Origin: Candidatus Borkfalkia excrementavium
GTDB taxonomy: Bacteria; Bacillota; Clostridia; Christensenellales; Borkfalkiaceae
Assembly (NCBI GenBank): GCA_019115945.1
Contig: DXCO01000040.1
Coordinates: 40,758 to 104,757, forward strand
DNA length: 64,000 nucleotides
Direction of reading: 5' to 3'
Positions 30,465 to 40,042 of the stretch are shown piece by piece. Numbering within the stretch: the first letter of the stretch is position 1; every line of letters begins with the position of its first letter. The position numbers were made by a program, and so were the translations under genes. The notes beneath the pieces were generated by a model. It was not told the DNA's origin, did no database searches, and saw only the letters and a program-made list of their open reading frames with translations.

Positions 30465-30998
30465 TCAGGAGACGAATTTGACGGGGTTATGCCGATACAG
30501 CGTGCCGAGGAACGAGCCGGAAATATCCTCCACGATCCCCTGCACGAAGGAAGTATCGTCGAAAATGCGGAACACCGCCAGAACGAGAAGAGTCAGCAAA
30601 AAGACGGCCGCCACCATGAACAGCATGCCGAACACGCGGTTCAAAAGGCGCATGACCGAATTGTCTGCCGAAAAAATCGCCCCGATCAGGCGAACGACCG
30701 CGATGCGCAGGATCTGCACCGCCGCAAACAGGATGAGATAATAGACGGCGGTGGCAAGATGGATGGTTTCGAGAAAACTCCATTTTCCGCCGAGATATTC
30801 GTTCAGATCGGAAATCAGTTTCGAAACGGCAGGGATCCCCGCGATCATGCCGCCGAACGTTGCGCATACGAACACAGAGATGACAAAGCCGAAAATACCC
30901 TTCGTAAAAAAACGAAGCGCCCTCCCGAACCCGACCGCGAACCCGAGCGCCGCAAGCAGGATCCCTACAAGGAGGGTGATCGAATCAATCGTAGTCAT
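30465..30998 (-). CDS. CvpA-like membrane protein
   Basis: Four TM helices; D...L...GF..G N-terminus and LNRVFGMLF pattern typical of the CvpA family. Confidence 0.6.
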   Translation of the reverse strand: MTTIDSITLLVGILLAALGFAVGFGRALRFFTKGIFGFVISVFVCATFGGMIAGIPAVSKLISDLNEYLGGKWSFLETIHLATAVYYLILFAAVQILRIAVVRLIGAIFSADNSVMRLLNRVFGMLFMVAAVFLLTLLVLAVFRIFDDTSFVQGIVEDISGSFLGTLYRHNPVKFVS

Positions 30999-31049
30999 AT
31001 TGTCCTCTATTATGGCCGCCCGCGCCGGAAATCAAACGCGGACGAAAAA

Positions 31050-32534
31050 TCAAAACCCGTACAGGTCCTTGCTGCCGAATTCGGGTTCGCAAGTGAGGTT
31101 GATGCCGAGTTTGCGGACAACGCTCATATCCGATTCGGGCAGAATGCAGGAGGCATGCGCCTCGCAGCCGCGCAGGCTCACCAGCATATCGAGCGCCTTC
31201 TCCGCGATCGGGTTTGTCGCGGCGCAGATGCTCAGGGCGGTCAGCACGTCTCCGAGACTGAGTTTCACCTTATCCTCGCCGAGCACCTCTTTTTTCAAAC
31301 GGATGATGGGCGCAAGGATGATGGGAGAAAGCAGAAGCATTTCGTCGTCGATATTCGAAAGGGCCTTCACGGCGTTGAGCACCGCGGAAGAGCAGGCGCT
31401 CATCAGTTTGCTCGAACGCCCCGTGACCGTGCGGCCGTCGGAAAGTTCGACTGCGACGGCGGACGAGCCCGTCTTTTCCGCCTTTTCGAGCGCATGGCGC
31501 ACCACGCTCCTCTCTTCCTGCGAGATCTTGTTCTGATTCATCAAAAGAAGAATGCGCTCGACGGTATCCTGGCCGCAGTTGCCCGTCTTGTAATCGCAGG
31601 CCGCCTTATAGTAACGGCGGATGATCTCCTGACGGGCGGCGGCGCGGCAGATCTCGTCGTCCACGATCGCGAAGCCCGCCATATTCACCCCCATGTCCGT
31701 CGGGGAATGGTATAAGCTGTCGTCGCCCGTGATCTTGGTCAAAATGGATTTTACGATGGGAAAACACTCGATATCCCTGTTATAATTCACCGTCGTCTGC
31801 CCGTATGTTTCGAGATGATACGGGTCGATCATGTTGATATCGCCGAGATCTGCCGTAGCGGCTTCGTACGCGACGTTCACCGGGTGCCGCAGGGGCAGGT
31901 TCCAGATCGGGAACGTTTCAAATTTTGCGTACCCCGCGCGCACTCCCCTCTTATATTCGTGATACAGTTGGGAAAGGCAGGTAGCCAGTTTGCCGCTGCC
32001 CGGGCCGGGCGCCGTAACGACGACGAGGGGCTTTTTCGTTTCGATATAGGGATTTGCGCCGTACCCTTCGTCGGACACGATGACGTCCACTTCGGTCGGA
32101 TACCCCTTCGTCTTGCGATGGATATACGTTTTCAGGCCGTGACGTTCGAGTTTGTTCACAAATTTGTCCGCCGCAGGCTGGCCGAGGTACTGCGTGACGA
32201 CGACGCTGTTCATATTCAGACCGAGACCGCGCAGTTTGTCGATGAGCCTGAGCACGTCCGTCCCGTAAGGGATGCCGAAATCCGCGCGGATCTTGTTGCG
32301 CTCCAGATCCGCCGCGCTGATCACGAATATGATCTCCGACTGGTCCTTTAACGTAAGGAGCATCTTGCATTTCGCGTCCGCCTCAAACCCTGGAAGAACG
32401 CGCGTGGCGTGCATATCGTCGAAAAGTTTTCCGCCGAATTCAAGATACAGTTTGTTGTCAAATTTTTTAATGCGCTCGAGAATTTTTTCTCCCTGCAATC
32501 GGATATACAGATCGTTATCGAATCCCTTTTTCAT
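31050..32534 (-). CDS. DUF1846 (UPF0371) family protein
   Basis: KLYLEFGGKLFDD.HA.RVLPGF, TAPGPGSGKLATC, YAKFETFP.WN, SPTDMGVN signatures. Start MKKGFD at 32534. Confidence 0.9.
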   Translation of the reverse strand: MKKGFDNDLYIRLQGEKILERIKKFDNKLYLEFGGKLFDDMHATRVLPGFEADAKCKMLLTLKDQSEIIFVISAADLERNKIRADFGIPYGTDVLRLIDKLRGLGLNMNSVVVTQYLGQPAADKFVNKLERHGLKTYIHRKTKGYPTEVDVIVSDEGYGANPYIETKKPLVVVTAPGPGSGKLATCLSQLYHEYKRGVRAGYAKFETFPIWNLPLRHPVNVAYEAATADLGDINMIDPYHLETYGQTTVNYNRDIECFPIVKSILTKITGDDSLYHSPTDMGVNMAGFAIVDDEICRAAARQEIIRRYYKAACDYKTGNCGQDTVERILLLMNQNKISQEERSVVRHALEKAEKTGSSAVAVELSDGRTVTGRSSKLMSACSSAVLNAVKALSNIDDEMLLLSPIILAPIIRLKKEVLGEDKVKLSLGDVLTALSICAATNPIAEKALDMLVSLRGCEAHASCILPESDMSVVRKLGINLTCEPEFGSKDLYGF

Positions 32535-32577
32535 CTTACGTGACACCTCGCCCGTTTTCACTCTTATAATCTTTTCT

Positions 32578-32606
32578 ATTGTATCACAGCCGCCGAAATT
32601 TTGCAA
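32578..32606 (-). promoter_or_regulatory. SigmaA-type promoter for DUF1846 operon
   Basis: TTGCAA-17-TACAAT with extended TG. Confidence 0.6.
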
Positions 32607-32645
32607 TCGTAGAGAGGTAATTTCCGTCCGAAAAAACAAAGCCGT

Positions 32646-32689
32646 AAAAAAGAGCGCCGCGGAAAGCCCGTTCCGCGGCGCTCTTTTTT
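32646..32689. terminator. Intrinsic terminator after the response regulator
   Basis: A tract-GAGCGCCGCGGAA...TTCCGCGGCGCTC-T tract. Confidence 0.8.
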
Positions 32690-32702
32690 ACGTTCCGCTT
32701 TC

Positions 32703-33350
32703 TCAAGCGGAAAGGATCTCTTTCATGGCGGCGACGGCCGAAGCGCGGTTGTCGCAGCCGAGTTTCATGTAAATGGCGCTGATATAATTGCGCGCCGTCC
32801 CCTCGGACAAATTGAGCGCGGAAGCGATCTGGCGGTTGTTGAACCCCTCGTAAAGCATGAGCGCGATCTCCACCTCGCGGTCGGACAGACCGTACGCGCG
32901 GCGCAGTTTGATCTCGCGGTCGGAAGTGACCATTTTTGCCGCGTCGCTGATCTTTTTGGCGATCTTTGCGGGCAGGATGGTATCGCCTGCGTACGCATTT
33001 TTGATCGCGTCGATCAGCGCGGGCGCGCCGATATCTTTGAGCAGATAGCCGCAGGCACCGTTGTTGAGCGCGCTGAGGATATAATCGCTGTCGTCAAACG
33101 TGGTCAGGATCAGCACTTTCACATCCGGATAGAGCGCTTTGATCTCGCCCGTCGTCACGACGCCGTTCATATTCGGCATGCGGATGTCCAAAAGCACGAC
33201 GTCGGGGAGGACTTTTTTCATTTTTTCGAGCGCGTCCTGCCCGTCGCAGGCGGTCGCGACCACTTCGAGTTCGTCGGATGTGGAAAGGACGCTGCGGATG
33301 CCCTCGGAAAGGATCTCCTGATCGTCTACGATCATCACTTTAATTTTCAT
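32703..33350 (-). CDS. NarL/LuxR family response regulator
   Basis: IVDD, LLDIRMP, LTTFD, GYLLK, LSDRE...HTH. Confidence 0.95.
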   Translation of the reverse strand: MKIKVMIVDDQEILSEGIRSVLSTSDELEVVATACDGQDALEKMKKVLPDVVLLDIRMPNMNGVVTTGEIKALYPDVKVLILTTFDDSDYILSALNNGACGYLLKDIGAPALIDAIKNAYAGDTILPAKIAKKISDAAKMVTSDREIKLRRAYGLSDREVEIALMLYEGFNNRQIASALNLSEGTARNYISAIYMKLGCDNRASAVAAMKEILSA

Positions 33351-34578
33351 GTTTTTCCTCCTTCATGCTGCCCGGAAGGCTCATGCTGATCTCGAACCCT
33401 TCCCCCTCTTCCGAAGAAAAGCGTATCATGCCGCCCAACTGTTCCGCTTTCGCGCGCATGCCGGACAGCCCGAATCCTTCCTTGAAATTTTTCATGTCGA
33501 TCCCCGTCCCGTTGTCGGAAAGAAGAAACTCCACGAAATTCCCCATATCTTTCAGTTCAAAGAAGAACGCCGTGCTTTTGCCGTGCCGTACCCCGTTGGA
33601 GATGCCCTCCCGAAGGGTATTGGCGATAAAGCGCTCCGCCTCCTCTTTCATAGAGATATCGTCGATCTTGCTGCGCACGGTAATGTTCGTGCCGTCGCCC
33701 GTCTCGCCGAGGATGCCTTCAAGGTATTCCTTGAACGTCACGTTTTCACGCCTGCCGGACAGAAGATGAACGGAAAGCCGCAGTTCGTCGAGGCAGTTCT
33801 TCGCCTGAATGTTCGCCGCCGTGACGCACCTTTTCGCCGTTTCCGGATCTTTGTCGATGGAAAGTTTCGCCGCCTCTGTCTGCATGATGACGGTCGTCAG
33901 GGAATGGCCGGCCGTATCGTGGATCTCTTTGGCGATACGGTTGCGCTCTTCGATGAGCGTCGCCTCTTCCAGTTTGTCGTGCGCGCGCAGAAGTTCGTTG
34001 CGGCTGTCTTCCAGTTCGCGGACCTTTTCCTCAATGATCTTGTTTTTGCGGTAAACGGTCATCGCGAAATTGAACATGACGAAATGCAGCAGCAAAATAA
34101 TGAGGTCGGTAAAGTATTGCGCCGCGGTGCGGAACGCCGAATTGATAAAATTGTTGCGGATCGCAATGATGATGTACGCGACCGTGTATGCGCCTGCGAT
34201 CACGCAGAACATGATCACGTTGTCGCGCAGAGAGGGACTGGAAAGATAGAACTCCGACAGCACCAGCGCGCACATGATATAGTTATAGGAGATCAAATTC
34301 CCGCTCTCGTTCTGCCAATTGGATACGAGGGTCAGAAGGAGCAGCAGAGCGCCGTCCAAAACGTACCAGGCGATCTTTCCGTTAAAAGTTTTCATGACGA
34401 AAACTTTCATCGCCATGGAGAACACGAGCAGAACGACGACGGGAACGGTAAACGCGATCACGCCGCTCTCCTTGCTCGCAAACGCGACGGGTATGCTCAT
34501 GATCCCGAGGAGGATGAGCACGACGACGCCCAAAAACCACGGGATCCCCTTTTTGGACAGCAATCCCCTGATATTCAT
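33340..34578 (-). CDS. Membrane sensor histidine kinase (HisKA_3, DesK/LiaS-like)
   Basis: N-terminal TM helices, ERNRIAKEIHDTAGHSLT, N box EGISNGVRHG, DNGTG, GFGL. Start MNIRG at 34578 overlaps the gltX stop (ATGA). Confidence 0.93.
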   Translation of the reverse strand: MNIRGLLSKKGIPWFLGVVVLILLGIMSIPVAFASKESGVIAFTVPVVVLLVFSMAMKVFVMKTFNGKIAWYVLDGALLLLLTLVSNWQNESGNLISYNYIMCALVLSEFYLSSPSLRDNVIMFCVIAGAYTVAYIIIAIRNNFINSAFRTAAQYFTDLIILLLHFVMFNFAMTVYRKNKIIEEKVRELEDSRNELLRAHDKLEEATLIEERNRIAKEIHDTAGHSLTTVIMQTEAAKLSIDKDPETAKRCVTAANIQAKNCLDELRLSVHLLSGRRENVTFKEYLEGILGETGDGTNITVRSKIDDISMKEEAERFIANTLREGISNGVRHGKSTAFFFELKDMGNFVEFLLSDNGTGIDMKNFKEGFGLSGMRAKAEQLGGMIRFSSEEGEGFEISMSLPGSMKEEKHEN

Positions 34579-36014
34579 GATCTGAGGTTCTCCGCCGCCT
34601 GCCCGAGCCGTTCGAGACAGCGTTCGCGGCCTAAAAGTTCCGCCATTTCGCTCGCTCCGCCGGGCGTATTTTCCCTGCCCGTCAGCGCGATGCGCACGCA
34701 CCAGAGGACCTGCCCGTTTTTCATCCCCTTCTCCGCCGCAAGAGCACACAGCGCCTGATAAACGGATGCGTTTTCGAAGGGTTCGAGGGAAACAAACAAT
34801 TCGCGGACCGCAGGAAGAACGGCGCGCGCCGTGTCTGCATCCGATTTCATTTTTTTATTGAAATACAGCGACTCGTCGATCTTGCCGTATTCTTCAAGAA
34901 AATCGATCTTGGAAGGGATATCCTCAAAGACTTCGACGCGCGTCTTCAGCAGCGAGACGAGTTTGGAAGTATCGTATTTGCCGTACGCTTTGGAACGTCT
35001 GAGGAAAGGTTCTGCCAAAGACAGAAATTTTTCGTCCGTCATTTCTTTGACGTACTCGCCGGAAAGCCAGCGCAGTTTCGGTTCGTCGAACACGGCGGGA
35101 GACTTGTTTAAGCCGGAAAGGGAAAAACTTTCAATCAGTTCTTCCAGCGTCATCTTTTCCTGATTGGTCTTCGGGCTCCAGCCGAGCAGGGCGATATAAT
35201 TGACGATCGCCTCTTTGACGTATCCCTTTGCGACGAGATCCTGATAACTTGCGTCCCCGTTGCGTTTGGAAAGTTTTTCGTGCGCGTTCTTCATGATGGG
35301 AGGAAGATGGATATACTGCGGGCGTTCCCAACCGAACGCATCGTACATCAGATTGTATTTCGGCGTGGAGGAAAGATATTCGCTGCCGCGGATGACGTGG
35401 GTGATGCCCATCAGATGATCGTCCACGACGTTGGCAAAATTGTATGTGGGCAGGCCGTCGCTTTTGAGCAGGATCCCGTCTTCGATGTCCTTGAAATCGA
35501 CGCTCACCCTGCCGTAAACGAGGTCTTCATAACTGCCGCTCCCCTCCTCGGGAACATTTTGGCGGATGACGTAAGGCACGCCCGAAGCAAGTTTTTCCGC
35601 GACTTCTTCCTTCGAAAGGTGCAGGCAGTGTTTGTCGTATCGGCCGACGCCGTGCTCGTCTTTGAGAGATTCCAGCCGCTCGCGGTCGCAAAAGCAATAA
35701 TACGCGCCGCCGAGTTCGACAAGTTTTTCCGCGTATTTTTTATAGATTCCGGCGCGCTCGCTCTGGATATAGGGCCCGTATTCGCCGCCCACGTCCGGCC
35801 CCTCGTCATAGACGATGCCTGCATCTTTGAGCGTATCGTAAATGATCTGCACCGAATCGCCGACGAAACGCTTGCTGTCCGTGTCTTCGAGGCGCAGGAT
35901 AAAATCTCCGCCCTCCTTTTTCGCGTAGAGATAACCGTAGAGTGCCGTCCTGAGATTGCCGATATGCATGTAGCCCGTAGGGCTGGGCGCAAAGCGCGTT
36001 CTTACTCTTTTCAT
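34575..36014 (-). CDS. gltX: Glutamate--tRNA ligase
   Basis: RFAPSPTG.MHIGN, RLEDTD, KLSKR. Confidence 0.97.
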   Translation of the reverse strand: MKRVRTRFAPSPTGYMHIGNLRTALYGYLYAKKEGGDFILRLEDTDSKRFVGDSVQIIYDTLKDAGIVYDEGPDVGGEYGPYIQSERAGIYKKYAEKLVELGGAYYCFCDRERLESLKDEHGVGRYDKHCLHLSKEEVAEKLASGVPYVIRQNVPEEGSGSYEDLVYGRVSVDFKDIEDGILLKSDGLPTYNFANVVDDHLMGITHVIRGSEYLSSTPKYNLMYDAFGWERPQYIHLPPIMKNAHEKLSKRNGDASYQDLVAKGYVKEAIVNYIALLGWSPKTNQEKMTLEELIESFSLSGLNKSPAVFDEPKLRWLSGEYVKEMTDEKFLSLAEPFLRRSKAYGKYDTSKLVSLLKTRVEVFEDIPSKIDFLEEYGKIDESLYFNKKMKSDADTARAVLPAVRELFVSLEPFENASVYQALCALAAEKGMKNGQVLWCVRIALTGRENTPGGASEMAELLGRERCLERLGQAAENLRS

Positions 36015-36029
36015 GTTTCACCTGTCCGT

Positions 36030-36722
36030 TTATTTTGTCTTTCCGCGGGAGAAGCATTCGGGCAGCCTCCCCGCGCAATAATAACTGAAGATCTCCTGTT
36101 CTGAGCCGTAAATGACGCTGTCCAACAGATTGACCGCATTGATGCGGCACACGCCCGCCGCCTCGCGCACGGCAGAATCGTCTGCGGAAGAGGGCGTCGC
36201 GTCGCCGCTGGGATGATTGTGCGCGAGAATGATCGCGTTCGGGCGCACCGTTCCGAGCAGACTGTTGAGGTCGCGGGCGTCAAAGGCGACCTGCGCGCGC
36301 GAAAAATCCGTAAACGTCTTTGCGCATAAAAGGCGGAAATGCGCGTCGATAAAATAAATTTCCGCGCGCTCTCTGTCCGCATCCCGGAATCTTGCGCGCA
36401 CAAAATTCTGCACGTCCGCCAAACTTGACAGGCCCGTTTTTTCCTCCCGTGCCTTTCCGCATCTGGCCATGAACAGCCCGACCAGCCGGATAAAATCCGC
36501 CGTCTTCCTGCCGACTCCCGCGACCTTTTCGATCTCTTCCGGAGAGGCGGAAAATAGATTGCGAAGGGACCCGAACGCGGCGAGCAGTTCATGCGCCACA
36601 GGATTTGTGTTCTTTCTCGGAATCGCGTAAAAGAGCAGAACTTCCAAAAGTTCATGATCGCTCATGGAATCGCCGTAAGCGTACAGGCGCTCCCACATCC
36701 TTTCCCTGTGTCCTTCGTGCAT
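36030..36722 (-). CDS. radC: RadC family (JAB domain) protein
   Basis: GHRERM, ELLEVLLFYAIPR, HhH, AHNHPSG..TPS..D. Confidence 0.9.
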   Translation of the reverse strand: MHEGHRERMWERLYAYGDSMSDHELLEVLLFYAIPRKNTNPVAHELLAAFGSLRNLFSASPEEIEKVAGVGRKTADFIRLVGLFMARCGKAREEKTGLSSLADVQNFVRARFRDADRERAEIYFIDAHFRLLCAKTFTDFSRAQVAFDARDLNSLLGTVRPNAIILAHNHPSGDATPSSADDSAVREAAGVCRINAVNLLDSVIYGSEQEIFSYYCAGRLPECFSRGKTK

Positions 36723-36868
36723 ATTTCACCCATTTTTTTCTGAAAATGATAGCAAAACTATTTTACCATATTTTCCGAAAAGTGTATACTATATTTGCAA
36801 CGATTTCGGGCGCAAGCGGGCGGAAAAATCCCGCAAATTCTTCCGGATCGTCAAAAAAGGAGACTTTT

Positions 36869-38137
36869 ATGCAAAAATATTTCGACGATACCGTACGCTC
36901 AATACGGGAAATCGTGCGCTTTGACAGTTCTCAGTCTGCCCCGCAGAAGGGAATGCCTTTCGGCAAAGGCGCGGCGGACTGTCTTGCCTATTTTCTTGAT
37001 CTGGCCGATAAGATGGGGTTCGAGACGTACAATTACGACAATTACGCGGGCGAAGTCCTGTTTGGCGAGGGCGAAGATTTCGCCGTTCTTTGCCATTTAG
37101 ACGTGGTGCCCGCGGGCAGCGGTTGGACGCATCCCCCGTTCGGCGGAGAAATCGCGGACGGAAAAATTTACGGACGGGGCACGACGGACGACAAGGGCCC
37201 GGCCGTGATCTGCCTCTACTGCCTCAAAGCACTGAAAGACGAGGGATTTTCCCCGAAAAAGAGGATCCGCCTGATCGTCGGCTGCAACGAAGAGAACGGC
37301 TGGGCGTGCATCGACCATTACAGAAAATGCGCGCGCCTGCCCGAGACCGGCTTTTCCCCCGATGCGGATTTCCCCGTGATTTATGCGGAGAAGGGAATTT
37401 TGCAAGTCCGCCTTTCTTTTCCCCTGCAACACCCGCCCTTTACGCGCCTGTACGGAGGCGAACGCGCGAATATGGTCTGCGAATTTGCGGCGGCGGAAGG
37501 CGTACCCGATGAGACCGGAAAAAATCCGGGAGAGGGGCTCTTTTTCGAAGGCGGCAAACTGACCGCAACGGGAAGATCCGCGCACGCGTCCACGCCGGAC
37601 GAAGGGGACAACGCGCTGAAAAAACTGTTTGCCATGCTTTCCGAAAACAGCGACGAGATCAAAAACATCTACGAAATACTGTTCGAGGACAGATACGGGC
37701 TGAAAAAACTTTGCGACGAAACGGGCAGCCTTACCCTTTCCCCCGATATCGCGGAATATGAAAAGGGAACGCTGTCCGTCGTCTGCGACATCCGTTACCC
37801 TGCAACGTGCAAGAGAAGCGAAGTGCTCGGACTGATCGACAAGTTCGGAGTAAAATACGAACTTCTGCACTGCCAGGCGCCCCTGTACAGCGACCGGGAA
37901 GGTTTCCTCGTTTCCACGCTCAAAGAGGTGTGGAAGGAAGCGACGGGAAGAGAGGACGAGCCGATCGCCATCGGCGGGGGCACCTACGCGCGCGCGCTGA
38001 AAAACGGTGCCGCTTTCGGCCCGCAATTCCCCGGCGAAGAGAGCACCATCCACTGCAAGGACGAATATATCTCTCTGAAAAACGTAGAAAAACTTTCGGA
38101 AATTTACCGTTTGGCCATCCGAAAACTGACCGAATGA
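36869..38137 (+). CDS. pepV: M20 family dipeptidase (PepV/Sapep-like)
   Basis: HLDVVP, GRGTTDDKGP, NEE, SPDADFP, GGGTYAR. Start MQKYF at 36869 behind AAGGAG. Confidence 0.9.
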   Translation: MQKYFDDTVRSIREIVRFDSSQSAPQKGMPFGKGAADCLAYFLDLADKMGFETYNYDNYAGEVLFGEGEDFAVLCHLDVVPAGSGWTHPPFGGEIADGKIYGRGTTDDKGPAVICLYCLKALKDEGFSPKKRIRLIVGCNEENGWACIDHYRKCARLPETGFSPDADFPVIYAEKGILQVRLSFPLQHPPFTRLYGGERANMVCEFAAAEGVPDETGKNPGEGLFFEGGKLTATGRSAHASTPDEGDNALKKLFAMLSENSDEIKNIYEILFEDRYGLKKLCDETGSLTLSPDIAEYEKGTLSVVCDIRYPATCKRSEVLGLIDKFGVKYELLHCQAPLYSDREGFLVSTLKEVWKEATGREDEPIAIGGGTYARALKNGAAFGPQFPGEESTIHCKDEYISLKNVEKLSEIYRLAIRKLTE

Positions 38138-38146
38138 CCCCGTCGG

Positions 38147-38180
38147 AAAAAAGGGAGCGGACGACAGTCCGCTCCCTTTT
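38147..38180. terminator. Bidirectional terminator
   Basis: AAAAGGGAGCGGAC/GTCCGCTCCCTTTT between convergent genes. Confidence 0.8.
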
Positions 38181-38205
38181 GATTTTACAGATCGGGATGA
38201 TTTTA

Positions 38206-39051
38206 TCAGCCGGCGGCAGGTTCGGCTTCCGCCGCATCGCACTCGGGAAGGACGGGTTCGCTTTCCGTCAGATACACCATGGGCTTTTGATAGACGCGTT
38301 CGTATTCCCCCTTCATCGCTTCGTAGACGCGCTCGCCCAACTTTTCCGCGCGGACGCGGATAGGCCCCTCGCCCTGCGGCATCACCGCAGGAAGGATATG
38401 CAGGACGACTTTTTTCTGCATCTTCAGTTTTTTGCGGATCCGCGTCTCGCGGAATTCGATGAATACGGGGATCACGGGCACGCCCGCCTTTGCCGCAAAG
38501 CGGAAAGCGCCCAATTTGAACGGCCGCACTTTTTCGTAACGGAACCAGAGCGCGTGCTCGGGGTAAAAATTGACGATTTTGCCCTTTGCAAGCAGCGTTT
38601 CCACCGCGTTGGTCAGGTTTTGCAGATCTTTCACCGTCTGCCCGACGGGCAAAAATCCGCCGGATTTGAAAATCCTGCCCGCCCAGCCTTTTTTAAGCAG
38701 ATAATAGGAACCCGTGTGAAAGGTGCGGAACCCTCCCAAAGCGAGTTTGACGAGGAGCGTATCCATTTCGTGCACGTGATTGCATACGGAAATGGCGCCG
38801 CCCTTGACCGCGCGCAAGTTCTTTTTTCCTTCCACTTTGAGCCCGTAAGCGAAGCGGCAATAGATCCCGCCGAAAAACCGCACCGCGGGGATCAGAAAAA
38901 ACCGCCGCAGCCTTTCGCCGAATTTTTTCGGCAGATAGTTATAATTTCCTTCAATGTCCACAGCATTGTCGTAGCGGTGTTCGTTCAGATCGCGGTCGAA
39001 AAGCCCCTTCTTTTCGTATTCGATCGCCTTATCCTTGTACTTTTTGGTCAT
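38206..39051 (-). CDS. PlsC-like lysophospholipid acyltransferase
   Basis: NHVHEMD (HX4D), FYPE, FKLGAF, VPVIP. Start MTKKY at 39051. Confidence 0.85.
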   Translation of the reverse strand: MTKKYKDKAIEYEKKGLFDRDLNEHRYDNAVDIEGNYNYLPKKFGERLRRFFLIPAVRFFGGIYCRFAYGLKVEGKKNLRAVKGGAISVCNHVHEMDTLLVKLALGGFRTFHTGSYYLLKKGWAGRIFKSGGFLPVGQTVKDLQNLTNAVETLLAKGKIVNFYPEHALWFRYEKVRPFKLGAFRFAAKAGVPVIPVFIEFRETRIRKKLKMQKKVVLHILPAVMPQGEGPIRVRAEKLGERVYEAMKGEYERVYQKPMVYLTESEPVLPECDAAEAEPAAG

Positions 39052-39178
39052 GATTTCCCTCTCATACCGGCAGTCATGCCCGAATGTAAATTGTAATGGT
39101 TTTCTATTACATATTATATCGTTCCGCGAAAGAAAAATCAACCTTATTTTCAAATAAAGTTAAACCGTTTGCAAAATT

Positions 39179-39763
39179 TCAGTGAAAATCTTCCATTTCG
39201 TCCAAAGAGAGGAAAAATGCGGGGATAAATTTTTCCATAAAGTATTCCACACAGGGCATGTTTTTTTCGTGCAGTTCCCTTTCGATCCCCTCTTGCGCGC
39301 GGCGGAACTCGGAATTCCCGCTCTTCGTCTCTTCGAGGCATTTGACGTAAGCGGCAAGTTTATCCGCCGCCTTGACGAGTTTATATTCGTAACTTTCCGT
39401 ATCCGCGAGGACAAAGGGAGAGAGGCTGTCCGAAAGTTCGGGCGGCAGCATGGAGAGAAGTTCCTCCCCCGCGCGCTCTTCGAGGCGCTTGTAGGCGCCC
39501 GTGATCTCGCGGTTGAAATATTTGATGGGCGTCGGAAGATCGCCCGTCATCACTTCGGAACATTCGTGATAGAGCGCAAAGAGCACCGTTTTGGAAATAT
39601 CGGGCGCATTGCCGCACATCTTCGTATCGATCAGTGCGAGCGCGTGCGCGATGACGGCCACCTGCTGCGAGTGCTCCATCACGTTCTCTTCGCGCGATGA
39701 GCGCATGAGCGACCAGCGTTTGATATACTTCATTCTGTCCAGAAAAGCGTAAAAATTATACAT
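39179..39763 (-). CDS. yfbR: YfbR-like 5'-deoxynucleotidase (HD domain)
   Basis: RMKYIKRW.LM, ENV.EHS, GDLPTPIKY, KAADKL.AY.KC. The HD signature reads HE. Confidence 0.88.
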   Translation of the reverse strand: MYNFYAFLDRMKYIKRWSLMRSSREENVMEHSQQVAVIAHALALIDTKMCGNAPDISKTVLFALYHECSEVMTGDLPTPIKYFNREITGAYKRLEERAGEELLSMLPPELSDSLSPFVLADTESYEYKLVKAADKLAAYVKCLEETKSGNSEFRRAQEGIERELHEKNMPCVEYFMEKFIPAFFLSLDEMEDFH

Positions 39764-39818
39764 AAACGATTTCTCCCGATTTTGCCTATATTGTATCATA
39801 TTTTCCGCCGGATTTCAA

Positions 39819-39847
39819 TTGACTTTTGCGCGCGTTTGTATTATAAT
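39819..39847 (+). promoter_or_regulatory. SigmaA promoter of thiT leader (back-to-back with the yfbR promoter)
   Basis: TTGACT-17-TATAAT on plus; TTGAAA-17-TACAAT on minus immediately adjacent. Confidence 0.7.
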
Positions 39848-39951
39848 TTTCCGCGGAATCGGGAAAAGCCGCCCGCAGGCGGCCGGAAAAGATTCCGCAT
39901 CACCAAAGATCGCGCCGTACCCGCACAGGGATTGCGTGAAATAAAATTAAA

Positions 39952-40026
39952 TATCCGCCGGGGGTGCCGTAAAAAGCTGAGATTATACCCTTTGAACCGG
40001 ACAAGATAATACTTGAACGGGAGATT
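39952..40026 (+). ncRNA. TPP-class (THI box) riboswitch, variant pyrophosphate pocket
   Basis: GGGGTGC...GCTGAGATTATACCC-TTTGAA-CCG-GA-CAAG-ATAATA-CTTG-AA-CGG-GA upstream of thiT; followed by a terminator. Confidence 0.85.
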
Positions 40027-40042
40027 GCAAAGACGATATATC

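Noticed and set aside
36030-36722. radC as marker of a mobile element or anti-restriction cassette
   Set aside because: Full-length chromosomal-type RadC with HhH region, embedded among housekeeping genes; no integrase, relaxase or att sites nearby.
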